Assembly (NCBI GenBank): GCA_047495785.1
Contig: JBLDXI010000014.1
Location: 1-64,000, forward strand
Direction: 5' to 3'
From: Lepidodermella squamata
Taxonomy: Eukaryota; Animalia; Gastrotricha
DNA length: 64,000 nucleotides
The notes beneath the pieces were generated by a model that made no database searches, was not told where the DNA came from, and saw nothing but the letters and a program-made list of their open reading frames with translations. This document shows positions 36,794 through 50,200 of the stretch, one piece after another. The translations under genes and the position numbers were made by a program. Each line of letters begins with the position of its first letter. The stretch's first letter is position 1.

Positions 36794-38190
36794 CAGGATC
36801 AGGATCAGGATTTACGATTTCTCCTCGCCCTGACGGACTCAAGCTTTCACCATAAGGCGGAGCTTGTGAGAAAATCGCGAGCTTACGCTCTAGGAAAGTT
36901 TGAAACTGGTTTAATAACTACTTAATTGAAATCCCTACCCCTGGTACTCCAGTTATTGCTGACTGTTTCTCCAGGGCCCAGGCATTAGTGCCCAGGTGGC
37001 TTTTCCACTCACTCAGCGAAGCCTACAAACGCCGTCGTAGCAAGAAGGCTACCAAAAGACTAGTTTGGAGGAATATTTACAAGAGTAGAGATAATTTACA
37101 AGAGGTAATTCACGGAGCCAAAATATAAGATAATTTAATGACGGAGCTATAAAGAAAATAAAGTATATTACATTTGGTTGAGTATAGGCTTTGAAAAATA
37201 TAAATAGAAATTTGGAAAACTCATTTAGTTCGGCACGTAGTTGTAGACGAAGGCGGCTTTGGAGTACGGATTGAACGCGACCTGCGGCTGCAGAGAGGCG
37301 TTGAGTTCCTTCTTCTTTCGCTCGCTATTCGCCTTGATGATGGCGTCGTGTTTGGCCTGTTCGCGTAGGAATTCGAGCGTGGCTTGCCGGCACGCCTTTG
37401 TGGTAGCAGACAGCCTGATCTTCGCTGGCAGCTGGTTCCACCACTGGATGGCCTTGGTTGGGAACGAGCGCTGGCCTGTGGCGAGCTTGCACGATGGCTT
37501 GACGTACTTCCCGGTGGCGGCGCCTCGAGTGTTGTGGTCATGCTGTTGGTTCATCGGCTTGACTAGCGACGAGAGTGCCTCGGGGGTCTCAGGATCCCTG
37601 CTGCACTTCCACATGGTTGTAGCCAGGTGGACCAGTCGTTTGCCTTGCAGATTCACCCATCGCAATCGCACGAGAACTTCATCGGCGGGCACGTCAGGAC
37701 TGACGTCGAGAACGGCACGAACGGCTTTGTTTTGCGCGTGTTGAAGTCGATCCAGCTGGGTCTTGCAGCCCTGATCGATGACGGCGTCGCAGTAGTTGAA
37801 CTTCGACCCGATGATGCCGTCGTACATCATTGTTCGAGTCTTCAGGTCGGTGTGCCGAGCCGCTTTACGTAGTGCGTAGGTACCACTTCTTGCGGCTTTG
37901 ATCAGATGATCGACGTGCTTTTCCATGGTGAGCTTTGAGTCCAGATAGACTCCCAGGATTTTCACGTGGTCAAGTGGCGGCAGATCGACTTCACCGAATC
38001 GAATTTCTGGAGCAGAAGCCTGTTTGTTAGACAAAAACATATAATTAGATTTGTCCCGATTCACTTTGAGACAGTTGGCGTGTAACCAATCGCCGATACT
38101 GCGAAGGTCCGCCTCTAGCTTCGCCTTGACTTCTTCAGGCGTCTTCCCACGGGCCACGATCGTTGTGTCGTCGGCGAACAGCGATGCGAT
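36794..38190 (-). mobile_element. 5'-truncated CR1/L2-group LINE (RT C-terminal half, 3'UTR, tandem tail)
   Basis: LFADDT, W..AN.LKVN..K, KILGVYLDSKL; ORF open to 37225; (ATCCTG)3 tail; candidate TSD GCAACT (36788-36793, 38191-38196). Confidence 0.92.
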
Positions 38191-39436
38191 GCAACTTCCG
38201 ATGCAACTTCCGCCACCGCGGAATAATCGCGCGGGTTTTCCTCTCTAATCTTTTCAACCAATTTAATGTGTATATTTGCGCAAAAATATATATTGTTATT
38301 TTAAATATGTGTCTTACAATAGGCAATAAGAAGTCTTGAGAAAAAATATATGGTTTGCGGGGTAACAAAAGTATGTATGGGGGATGAGTCCTGGGAACAA
38401 GCTACGTTCAAGTTAGCTGCGGGGTTGCTAAAGCAGCTGAAGCACAAAGCACACAAAGCATGAAGCCCATCCTGAACTCAACATGAAGCTCTCTGACCGC
38501 CTTCCCTGTACCTGCACTAATCACGCCTAACCCTACCCTATGCATGTTTTTCTGTCACCAACCGAAGTTTCTTGGTCGGGAGAAGGTTTTTAGCCACCGC
38601 AATAGATGGGCTTGCAGCCTACTGCCGTCGGGAATGCCATAAATGTACGATATTATACTATATACTTTTTATTCGCGTTAATTGCGCCATTTCAAATTCT
38701 AATTTTAGTAGAGCCGCCTGAAACCTTGAAGCTTGAAGATTCTGCTACTCGTCCATCCTGCCTTCTGGAGCTTCCTGTTTGCTGACCTGTTTCTCTTCAC
38801 ACCTAAATTATTCAGTAGCTACGAGTCGCTATTGGTCTAATTGGTCTGTATCTTATTAAGAATCTTATCTATATTATATTGTTGTAGACGTTGGACGTAC
38901 TGCAACTCTTTCATTTAGCGGAACCCTTTCGTGAATTCATACACAATAACCTTTACAGTCCCACATTATTACTTTAAGATTGTAGATTGTCACGTCTAGT
39001 AGCATCAATTTTCGATCATCAATTTGATGACATAAATTATTGATTATTGGCTCTTGAGTTCACAGGAACCAGGACCGATAATTCGCCACTACCTTTCTCA
39101 CCGCGCCATCAAGAGGGTTATTTTTCCGCTTTCAACTGAGACATTCAACTTAAAACGACTTCGAGACCCTATTGAACTCTTGAAAGGAGAAATTCCTTAA
39201 ATAATGCTGTGCTTAGGTTATTTTTCAGCTCGAATGTTTACTGTAACATCCTGAACCCACCACAAATTGTGCACGTTTGTATTTTCTAAGTTGATTTTGT
39301 TTGATTGGATATTCGGCAAATTTCTTTCCGCAAGAAGGGAAACCCAATTTTTTACGTCATATGCGATCAATTTTTTTTAGGTGAAGCATATTTATTAATT
39401 TTTCTCATCCGAATTGCGATAATAGTCGCAAATATT

Positions 39437-41964
39437 ATGTCGGATGAAGCCGCTGACGTAGGAGGAGACTTGAATGGCAAAGAGAACGTTAACATCATTG
39501 TATTCACCAAATCAGTGCTGTTGCAGCGTGAAATTCATGGATTTTTGATTGGCGGAGAGAAAAGATTACTTTTCTCCGAAATTAATGCCGAACTCTGCCG
39601 CCGAGGTGTTCAGCAGTTGGACATCTTGGAAAAATTGAAGGCTCTGCAGCTACAACTTACAGAGACCACGGCGGAGCAGCGTGATGTTATAGCTTCACAA
39701 TTGGGTCTAAAAGATTCGTCATCGCTCGATGAGCAATACTTAATTCGGCAGACCGATGCAGAGCGATTATGTGGAGCGGTTATTCGTTGCCAAAGAGTCG
39801 CGTCTGACAGCGATTTGACCGAAAACACTTTCAAGGTTCAACATGAAATATTCGGAAAGTCTCGCGGGCTATTCATCCCGGAGCTTTACAATAGCTCCAA
39901 TGCCGAGTGTATTACTTGCATTCAATGCAGAGCACTCTTATCTCCTCAAGATTTTGTTCGCCACAATCACTCGCCGCCCAAGAATCAGGCACGTCATGTT
40001 TCAGAGTATGTCGGTAATGCTTATTTCTCTATTCCGCTCCAATACAGGTACGGCATTGGGGTCTGGAGTCGACGCGGTGGTGGCGCTATGTCTTTGTTGC
40101 CAAGGATCAGGAAAATCGCGAAGTATACCAGCGGCTTCTCGACGAACTTAAGCAGCGGTTTCCACCATCAGCCAGTGAAAACGTACGTTTCTCTGTATTT
40201 CGCTCTGCTTTTCATCCTCTGGCTGTTAGCGAGGCAGCTTTAATTAATTTTATTGCGGGCGTGGGTCGATTCATCAGGCAATAGCGGCGCTTTTTACGGT
40301 GATAGTAAGCAAACGTATGTGTGTTCGCACGTGCTGCCGAGCGTATGGCCGGCAGAGCTATTGCGCAAGTGGCCTTCTGGCGAACTCAGCCATAGCTCGG
40401 CTAGCCGGCGTCGCGCCGGTTGGCGTTGCATAACGCGCCTTAGTAGTAGCTACCGCGTGTCCCAGAGCGTTCACGACTATGTCTGTCTAATGTTCATTGT
40501 TACGCAACCGACCTTAGGTCACAAACTTTCCAATCAAGCCGACGGCGACTTCGGACTACAAGACCGCGTCGCAGACGACGGCGTCCATCTTCAGCCAGCT
40601 CGTCGCGCTCCAGGACTCAGTGGATGCGAATAAGCCACCAGCCGCAATCACATTCGAATCATTGTTCAACCAACAACGGCAAAGTTTTCTTGAAAGGTAC
40701 TAATGAATGATTTACAAATGTGATATAAACAGAATCGACAATTTTTGCGTTATTAAGGTTATGTGGATATGATACGACAACTAATTCACGAACGCCAGAT
40801 AACGGCCGATCGACTTCGTTTGCCGAAATTATGGCAAGCGCCATGGCTAGTGCGGCGAAGTACTTGCAAAATCCAGCGGCGTCGGCCGTGTCGACCCCCT
40901 GTGATTCTCAGCCATCATCGGCTTTTGTCCCTCCGCCAAATGTGCGGCTGCAAGACATGTTCGGCCGTCAGTCAGCGTGGCGGAGGACCGACCTCGGTGA
41001 AGATGACGACGACCTGAGCGTCAAACGGCGCAAACTCGACGACTCGGCGTCACCGCTTTCGTCGGCAGCGTCCTCAGCCGACAACGTCAACAACAGCGCA
41101 AATATTTCGGCGTATTCTGTGAGCGAGGCGGCGCTAGCGACGGTGGCCGCCATCAGCTCGCACGCCAAATTGCAATCGGAAGCGGCGGCGGTCATGGCGC
41201 TTCCGCCACAGATCCTCCTCGGCGACTCCCGCCCACATCCGGTTATGGCGGCCGTGTCGCGTTCGAAGGACGACGAGTCAGGTGAGGATGAGGATGACGC
41301 AACAACCGAGAAGCTGCTACGCTCGCAGCTCGGCGATGAGGTGTCCGTGCTGAAAAGAGCGTTTGCCAAGCAGCTGCTGGCTACTTTGGGTGGACTTCTC
41401 GCTGAGGAAGGCTCTACTCTGGTTGCAAAACTGAGCGAGGCACCTTTGGACTCGACTTTGGACGATACGCTCCTCGACGAGTTCCGTCAGCTTCGGGCGA
41501 AGCACGCGGCTCAAACAGCAGCGGCGGAGCAGACGCGACCAGCGGCGCCGAAACACATGACTGTGATGGGCAAGTACCTCGGTGAATTGCAGGACGAGAA
41601 GGCTGACTTGGAAGCGCGGGTACGATCACTGACGAGCGAATTGTCCCGCGCTAAGCAGGAGCAGAATGCCATGTCGCTGCGTCTCATGGAAAAAGAGCGC
41701 GAGTTGAATGAAATGCGCGCGGTGTTGCAGGCCTTCGTGCAGCCTGGATCGCAGCAGCGCCAGCAGCAGTCGAGCAGCGCATTTCTGACGCCAGCGACTA
41801 CCTCTGCGTTAACTACCGCCCTCTCCCCGATGCTTGACCCCCGGCGGGCGCTTCTCATGATGATGGCGCAAGAGAAATTCGGCGTAAACTACGCGACACG
41901 ATCAGCCGAGGAGCTGGACGCGGCGCTTTCGATGGTTGCTAGTGCGACAACTATGTCCTCGTGA
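39437..41964 (+). CDS. SKI: Ski/SnoN family corepressor, 4 exons, ~690 aa
   Basis: DHD (GGEKRL...TDAERLC), SAND-like Smad4-binding domain (HEIFGK.RG..PELY...CITC..C...F..H.H...HWG), C-terminal coiled coil. Exons 39437-39988, 40048-40182, 40518-40696, 40758-41964. Confidence 0.88.
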
Positions 41965-44097
41965 TTTGACGGTGTTTCAGTCGGTATCAATTTTCCGTCC
42001 GTGTAGTAGTTATAGCCTCAACAATTTTTCACTCTTTCGCTCTCACCCTCGTCACTCACGTACTCGACCGTGTGTCTGTTTCATGTAACCTAATACGTGC
42101 GCGCGTACCCCCACTCGAGCGGCACCCGCGCCGTAAAAAATGTTCGTTCAATGCCGCCAACTGCAGCAATTTGGAGTTCAACTAATGACATCGTCGCCGC
42201 CGCCGCCTGTTGGCAGCTCAGCCTGGCGTCTGAATCTCGATGCAGTGGCAGCCGTTGTAATTTGTGCCTGTTGCCTCGATGTTTTGTGCAGTAAGAAGAC
42301 CACGTTAAGTATCGCTGAATTCGGTTCTTGCCCGCCTCGGTATTACGTCACGGTTACGCAACACAGAACTCGGTGGCTTTTTGCGCCCGTGCTTCTGCTA
42401 CGATGCGTCATTCTTATCGCTGTCTATTTATCGTTCTCAAAACGGTGTATCGGCCTCTGTTTTTTACGTCTCACGCTTGGGCCATCAAATTAGTATTTCG
42501 CCCCGAATGGCATGTCCTGATGGAACACCAGTTACTGAATGCGAGACGTGGATGTTTTAATTACTAATAGAGCATGCTGATTTCTGCGGCACCTGCCGGG
42601 TGTTGATTTCTGTATGGTCAGAGATAAGTCTTGTCATTTCGTCTGATTTTCCTGGACTATGACGCCATGTTTGCTGTTGTTGCGGTATAAGTCCATTTGT
42701 TTAAAACAAATGTTGTGATCTTATTGAAATGATTATACGAAACAGCAATTAGACATACGCTCTCGCTTCGAGCTCCTAAAGCTGCAAAGCTGTTGACTAA
42801 AACCAAACCAAGAAAAAATGAAGTGTAGTGAGTAGAAAGAAGAAAACGCAGAGAAGCGAGAGCGAGTTTGTAACACTATACTTACCTATCAATGGTCGGC
42901 ATTACATGATTTTATGCGTGTTACCACAATTTTAGCCACTAAATGTAATCATCTCTATTTTTTTCCTAGCAGAAAATTTTGAATACTTCTTTGTTGGCTT
43001 CATGAGGAGGCTCCTTTTCGACGTAGGTATGACCGGTCCGGTTTAGACATTGGTTGCACTCGGGTACTGAAATATGTTGTCTTTGTGTTGTTTCTTGTTA
43101 ACGCCGATTAATTGATGAAAATTTGATGATTGCGATGAACAAATGTACATGATTACTTGAATATACAGACATATCTATATCTATATATACACTTATATTA
43201 TCTACAAATATATAATACGCTTCTTGTAAACGCAAGGATGATAACTTTGATGTAACTGGTATCTATTGCTAATAGCGTGGAAGTTGTCAACCCAATTATT
43301 ATTAATAACGGATGAATAACAATTATAATTATTATCATGGAGACATTTCTATGTCGCTGTGGCGTTTTGCATGCCAATCGGAAAAATAAAGGTGAAGAAG
43401 ATTGAAGTATTTGTGATCGATCGCAGCTATTTTTAATTCGACTCTGCGCTCTACGAATGTCTGATTAGCCGATTCCAACTTGCACCTCTAAACGTTGATT
43501 CAAAACGTGAATAGTACCAGACGCAATAGAGGGGGAGTTGTATTATTGGATGGGTCTTACTTTTAGCGGAACCAAATTTTAGAATTTTCAATGGACCCAA
43601 AACCACTTCGAAACTTCCAAAGATTTTATGATTTATCGGCATAATTTTAAATTAATCATCTTTGGATTCAATGTAAAATTCTATTCAAGACACATTCCTC
43701 GCTATAAAATGCATACAATAATGCCTGAATTTCGTAGAAATATTCGAAACGCGAGATTTGTCCTATCTAAAGGTTCCGCAACATGCAAATTTGGTTCCGC
43801 TAAAGATATTCTGTTTTGGATGGGCGCTGGCAGTGTTGGAAATGAAAATATTGTTCGAGCTGAATGCAGCGGTGAAAATTTGCATTGCATCATAAGAAAG
43901 ATGAGTAATGAGCAATTAATATTTTTTGCCAGTTTGTATTCCAGCCTTCAGCCTAGGAGAGCTATCCTGATAGTAGACATAGGGCTGTCCAGATAACCTA
44001 AATACTTATTAATCTTCACAGATTAGTAGTTGCGGCAGGAATAAAATGAATATAGCTTTTTAATTATCTAGAAAATACCTAAAACCGCGATGAAGTC

Positions 44098-44429
44098 TTG
44101 GCAGCACCTGAAGAATTGGCCCTCGATGCCATCTCATTACAAATTGTAAACAATAACCAAGGTCGCCTTAAGGATAAATGCCCCGCCAGATTTTTCATGT
44201 TGAAGCGACAGGCTGTATATGGAATGGTCAAAAATCGACTAAAATATCTGGGGCACAACGTCGCCAAGAGGAATATGACGTCAACATAATATTCAAGCTT
44301 GAGGTTCCGGCTTTCTCCTTATTCCAAGGACAAAAAACACTCGCCTACAGAGGTGCGGTTCTATTTAACCTTCTGCCACAAGAGGCTCAAAACGCGCTAA
44401 CTGCTCATGCTTGTCGGCAAGCCACCTAG
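44098..44429 (+). pseudogene. Degraded 3' fragment of a CR1-group LINE ORF2
   Basis: GQKTLAYRGAVLFNLLP...ACRQAT aligns with GQRSFPTKAIQWWNQLP...ACRQAT of the 37-38 kb element. Confidence 0.7.
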
Positions 44430-44569
44430 ATACCTATATGAAGTGTAAATAATCCAAATGAGCCGGATGGAGGCCCTGTAAATCAACCATACATAGTATG
44501 CGACCGATATCAGAAGCAGCCAGATCTCTCGTAATCATAGTCCCCTAAACCAGCAAGGGTAAAGGCATA

Positions 44570-45079
44570 CCGTCAAATGGGGCGACATTGCCAGCGGGGA
44601 TCACTTTGCCACGGAAAAATGGGGCGACTTTCGCTTAGCCATATCTCAGAGGTATCAAGGGTGGCTAAGTGACCCTGAGTACGGTTCAGATGCAGATGGG
44701 GTGACTTTGCCCTAACTCAAACCGCAGGTGGAAAGGCGGAAACCTCTCAAGTGGGGTACCGCTGGAGAGCTTATGCCGGGGGCTGCTCGAAAATGGCAAG
44801 TTTATTTCATTTTGATCATACCTGGTCGACTTTAGGAGTCATCTAAATTCTGCCGAAAACGGTATTTTTCGCTCAACTTTTTACCTGCGTTTAATCACCA
44901 GGTATTGTGAAGGGCTATAGTATGTTCTAGGTATTCCAGTTGGTCCTTTCTTGGGCTTTCCAACGGTATCCCACTCAAGGCGTCTTCATCTTGATACCTC
45001 TGAGATATGGCTATGCGAAAGTCGCCCCATTTTTCCGTGGCTACGTGACCCCGGCTGGCAATGTCGCCCCGATTGACGG
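44570..45079. mobile_element. Tc1/mariner-pogo-like MITE
   Basis: ~90-bp TIRs (CCGTCAA..GGGGCGACATTGCCAGC); TA TSD on both sides. Confidence 0.9.
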
Positions 45080-46148
45080 TATTATTTTCAAAAATGAATT
45101 TCTCGCTGTCTTCCAAAAGGAAATACTGCGCGCGCCTTTGGCTAGACAATTTTAGGCTTCATTTACAGCAGCTTCGGATCAAACACGTATCGCTAAATCT
45201 CAAGTCGCACTCATTGCCGGGTTTTCCCTTAGGCAAACAGTGTGCCCTGCTTCCAGTGCCGGACCCAATTTATTCAGCACTCTGATTATTGGCTCATCTG
45301 ATTTTTAGCTGGTCATCGTTTAGGTTCGACCGTTATATGGGCCAGCACCAAGTTGACCGAGATTGCGTCACGCTCCGCAAGGTTCAACGTTTTTCTATAA
45401 ATAAATCGAGGCTGAATACTTAATAAATGTTACAAGTTCTTTATCCCAACACTAATTCTTGCGGGTTAAAATCATGAAATTAGTAGCTATTGGATCCGTC
45501 AGTTCAACAGGACGCTTAGATTACTCAATAGAAAACATTATTTCAAAACAATTTTTACTGTCGTTTATTTACACGAGTCTCAAGGAAAAGATGTTATCAA
45601 CACAAAGCCAAAATCGATTTTCCTTGAAGACGAGCACACATATCATGGTCGAAATGCTGTTTTATACTAATATTATATATACTCAATGACGATGCTGTGG
45701 ATGATGATCACCATTTGCGGACCGTAGCCGGCTGCAGTAATATTTTTTACAATAAAAAGCAACAATTCGCGAAACTATGTTGGCATTTCGGCGCAATCGT
45801 GTTTGCGGAGATGCGTTGAAAGAATGCTGTTCCTTTTCGTAATTGACGTTCAATAATAGCCAGGGATGACAAAATAGAGACGCTCTTTCAGGGTGACACA
45901 TGCAGAAGGCAGGCAGTCGTCCGTCGCGGCGCGATCACAATCACGACACGGTTAGAGGTGAAGGAGATGGTTCTGATGAACAAGATGATGAGCTACTATA
46001 AACAGATAGCTACGGCCACAACTAGCGGCTCGGAATACAGATGGTGGAGGATTTGATGGAAACGAAAGCGTTAGCTTCTATTGAGGCCGGTGCATCAACG
46101 AAAAATAATTCAACAATAAGCTTCTGGCGCAGTTCATCATCTCTCGTG

Positions 46149-47250
46149 TTATCTCGACGGGGGCGGTGGCGGCTGAGCGCCAGGAGGTACGCCACCGGAA
46201 AGCGCTTGTACTTGAAGGAGCTGATCGAATTGCAGTCTTTTAAGCTGTTCGATCTTTTGTAGCTGCAAAGGATCGAGAGTGGCTGGAGAGGCAACTGGTG
46301 GGGCGCCCAGGCCTGGGGCCGCTGCAGTAGCCAATCCCCGGAGCAAGGCGGCGGCTGCCGGTGAACCGAGGGCTGCAAAATTATATGAAGGCATTAAATA
46401 TATTTTCACAAAAATATGAAATTTCTACACCAGCAAGGGATACAATTATATTCTCGGATATTTTGATTATTCGACAGAAAAAGTTCAATAAACGATCTAA
46501 TTTTCCGAAATATAAGTAGTATAAAACCTACTGGCTGCGACGTTTGTCGGGGCTTGTTGAGCTTGTTGAGCAGCAGCTGCAAGAATCGCTAGCGGGTCAG
46601 AGGGCGCGGGCGGGGGAATGGGAGGAACAACTGCGGACGTCGAAGGCGCAGACGGTACCACTCCAGCAGCTGGCACCGGTGGTTGGTGAAGATGCAGGTG
46701 CGTGTGGGCGTGAGCATGTGTATGCGTGTGCTGCGAACTGCCTGGGATCGCAGGTAAGCTAGACGAAGCCGTCTGAATGGCGGCAGCGAGGTGATGCACC
46801 GGAGTTAGAAGGCCGAGCGGCCCTTTTTGTGGAACTGGTGAGGCTGTGACGGCAGGGGGCGCGGCTGCAGCAACCGAGGTAGCCGCTGCGCTCAAGCCGT
46901 GCAGTGCTGCCAATGGATGTTCGCTTTGTTGCATTTGCAGCAACTTAGCAGCGGCAGCAGCCGCGTTCGAGCCCGAGTTAGACCCAGGCGTAGATTCTCG
47001 TTGCTCACGATCGCGTTCCCGTTCTCTTTGTCTTTGTTGCTGTTGCTGTTGCTGATGTTGCTGGTGTTGCTGTTGTTGAAGCTGCTGCTGTTGTTGTTGC
47101 TGCTGCTGAAGCAACATCGGCGGAGGTGTCGGAGTCGGGGATGATTGCCGCCTTTGCTGAGCTTGCTGGTGCTGTTGAGCGGCTTTTTCGAGCTGTTGAT
47201 GAGCGTGGTGTAACGCAGCCTGCTGTTGTTGGTGGTGGTGGTGCTGTTGT

Positions 47251-47285
<35 letters not shown>

Positions 47286-50200
47286 ATTGGATGCGACGGA
47301 AGAAGCACCGGAACCACGCAGAGCCGCCTGTTGCTGTTCGGAAGCACCAGACAAAGCCGGATGTCCCGACATAGCAGCCATGGCGCGGCTGATTTCGTTG
47401 GCAAGAGCTTGCTGATGTCCGCTAGCTAGACCAGCGAGACCTGCCAGTCCCGTTCCACCGCCACCCATAGCAGCAGCCGCCGCTGCCGCAGCCAACTGAA
47501 AAATATGTAAAACGTACTTAATAAGTAAAATGGTGAACAGATAATAAAACCTAACTCCATATTCCAAAAATGTTTATACAGAAACTGAGAACTCTCATAT
47601 TCCCGAAAACTAGCCAAGCTGTTAGACGAATACTATTTTGATATTTAAGCGCTTTCATTGTAAAAAATACGAGTCTGTGCTACTAGGGTTTTAGCAAACT
47701 ACTTAACGATAAGTTAGCGATTCAAGTTGAAAGATATTGGTCAAACTCGCAATGTAACAGTATCCAGTAAATGCTTATATGCCTATGCCTGCCGCAGAAT
47801 TCGCGCAGAATTGGCAAGAAGTGCATTGATTGAAACCCCAAAAGATAATCCTAATCATGTTAATGCTGAGAACCTAGGATCCTTTGGCATCATTCTCAAA
47901 CTTGAATTCACAAAATAAGATCTGAAGCAATACCAATTGTTGCTGCTGGTGATGCTGCTGTTGCTGTTGCATCTGCACAGCAGCCTGTTGGAGCTGTTGC
48001 TGAAGCTGAACTTGCTGTTGCTGTTGGTGCAGCCGCATGAGAGGGTCTCCTGCCTGCTGACCAGCCGCCGCAGACATGGACATCGACAGAAGAGAGGCGA
48101 GGACATTCGGATCATTCGCAGCCATGGCCATTGCGGCTTGAAGCTGTTGTTGTTGGGCAAAAAGTTGATGTTGTTGCTGTTGCTGCTGTTGCGAGTGTTG
48201 AGCCATCAACAGCCGTTCCAGTTTCTCTCGTTCCCGCATCAGCAGTTCAGTGGCCGAAGGTTGCTGTTGTTGTTGCTGCTGCTGCTGCTGCTGTTGCTGG
48301 GCAGCCGCAGCCGCCGCAGCTTCGCGCTGCTCCCGTTCTCGTTGTTCACGTTCGCGTTGTTCTCGGGCCTCGCGTTCCCGCTGCTCACGTTGCTGTTGCT
48401 GGGCCTGTTGTTGAGCCTGTTGTTGGGCAGCCGCCTGCTGCTGGGCGGCTATAAGAGCTGCCGCTGCCTGGTTGTTGACGCCACCCGGCGTTGTCGCAGC
48501 CAGTCTCCGTTGCAGTTCCAGCCAACACGCAGCTTCTAACTTGGCCTGGTCCAGCCCAGACGCACCGCCCAAGCCGGCGGCGCCCAGCCCCAGAGCAGCC
48601 GCAAGTTGCTGTTGTTGCTGCTCCCTTTGCTGCTGTTCACGTTGCTGTTGTTCTCGCTGTTGCTGTTCTCGATGTTGCTGAACTTCTCGTTGTTGTTGTT
48701 GGAGAAGAGACTGTGGGGTGGCAGGCGGCGGCATTTGACCGCTGAACATGCCACTAGCCGCAGCGAGCTGCTGCTGCCACGAAGGAGCGCCGCCAGCAGC
48801 GGCGGCTGATTTCATCACACGGTCGTACATTTCGGCGAGATGAGCTGGGTTCGGACCTCCGCCTCCAGCACCACCTGAATGATTGCCACCGGATGCCGCT
48901 GCAGCCAATGCTATTAATGGAAACAAAAATGGCATAAATAATCAACGAACATAAATCGAAGTCCCCAATTGACTAAATGATAATGGCGAATTTTTAAAAA
49001 TTGAACCCCAGATTGTACGAATACAAAGTTTGCTCTACGCATGTAACACTCTACCAAATTAGACAGATTTCAGTAAAAGGGAAGTAAACACTAACCGGCG
49101 AGCTGAATTTCGCGACTCTGTCGTTCGATAATGAGATCAAGCTCGAGCCGCTCTCTAGAACCGGGAGGGAGAGCCGCCGCCATTTGCTGCAGCATAGCGT
49201 GTTCGGCCACCAGCGCCGCCGCCGGGTGCTGGCTGTCGATGAGGTGATTTAAGTTCGCCTGACCGTGCATGTTGCCGCCGCCGAGCGAGGCAACCAGCGC
49301 CGCAGCTTGTTGAGCCTGTTGTGCCAAGGCAGCCAGCAGATCGGCACCCTGAGCTGACTGTGCCTGAGCCATCAAACTCTGCTGAGCTTGTTGGACAGCA
49401 GACTGCTGACGCGCGTGATGCTGCTCGAGTTGTTGCTGAGGAGACATTAGAGAGGCAAACGCCGCTGCTTGTGGCAGAGGTGATTCACGCATGCCACTGG
49501 GTGTGACGTTAGGCGGCCGAGCCATTTTAACGCTTCCGGACGCCGACAAGCCCGAGGGAGTAGACGGCGATGTCATCGCGTCGACGATACGTGCATTCGC
49601 CGAAGACGCAACTTCGCGTTTAACCGGCACGCCGCTGACAATCGACGGCGGCGGAGCGCCGGTCGCCGAAATTAAATGGTGTGCATGATGAGCATGGTGA
49701 TGCGAAGATCCCGTGCCTCCGGTCCTTTTTGCAACGATGTCAGTTCGCGAGCAAGAATTGGCGGCAGATCGCCGCCAAATTCGAAACATCGAGTACGTCG
49801 ACGATGCCGGTGGGGGCGCCGGGTGATCGGCAGAAGCAGCCCGGCTTTGACACCGGCGCAGTTCCTCCAGAATTTCCGAAGGTGGCGGCGAGGGGGGACC
49901 GGGCTTGTAAGCCGGTTCATCATCGGTGTCCATAGCATCGTCGTCTGCACGGGGCACATCAATGACTAAATCACCACCTTCCTCGTCGTCATCCGAAGCA
50001 GCCGTGGTGTCATCGGCCGGCTCGGCTTTTACATGCGCATCGTGAGCATCACAAGCGGCCGAGTCAGCTACGGCCGAGTCTCCGGCAGGCATTTGCTTGT
50101 CCTCGTTCATCGGCTCGTTAACACAACTTTCTGCTTTCACCGATAAATTCTCAGCCATGTCAGCAGCAGCAGCAGCAGCGGCTACTGCTGCCCGGTTTTC

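Noticed and set aside
38526-38540. CCTAACCCTACCCTA as another telomere junction
   Set aside because: Only ~2 imperfect units, which is expected by chance.
46544-49969. Many + strand poly-L/poly-C ORFs
   Set aside because: Antisense shadows of RERE polyQ/polyA exons.
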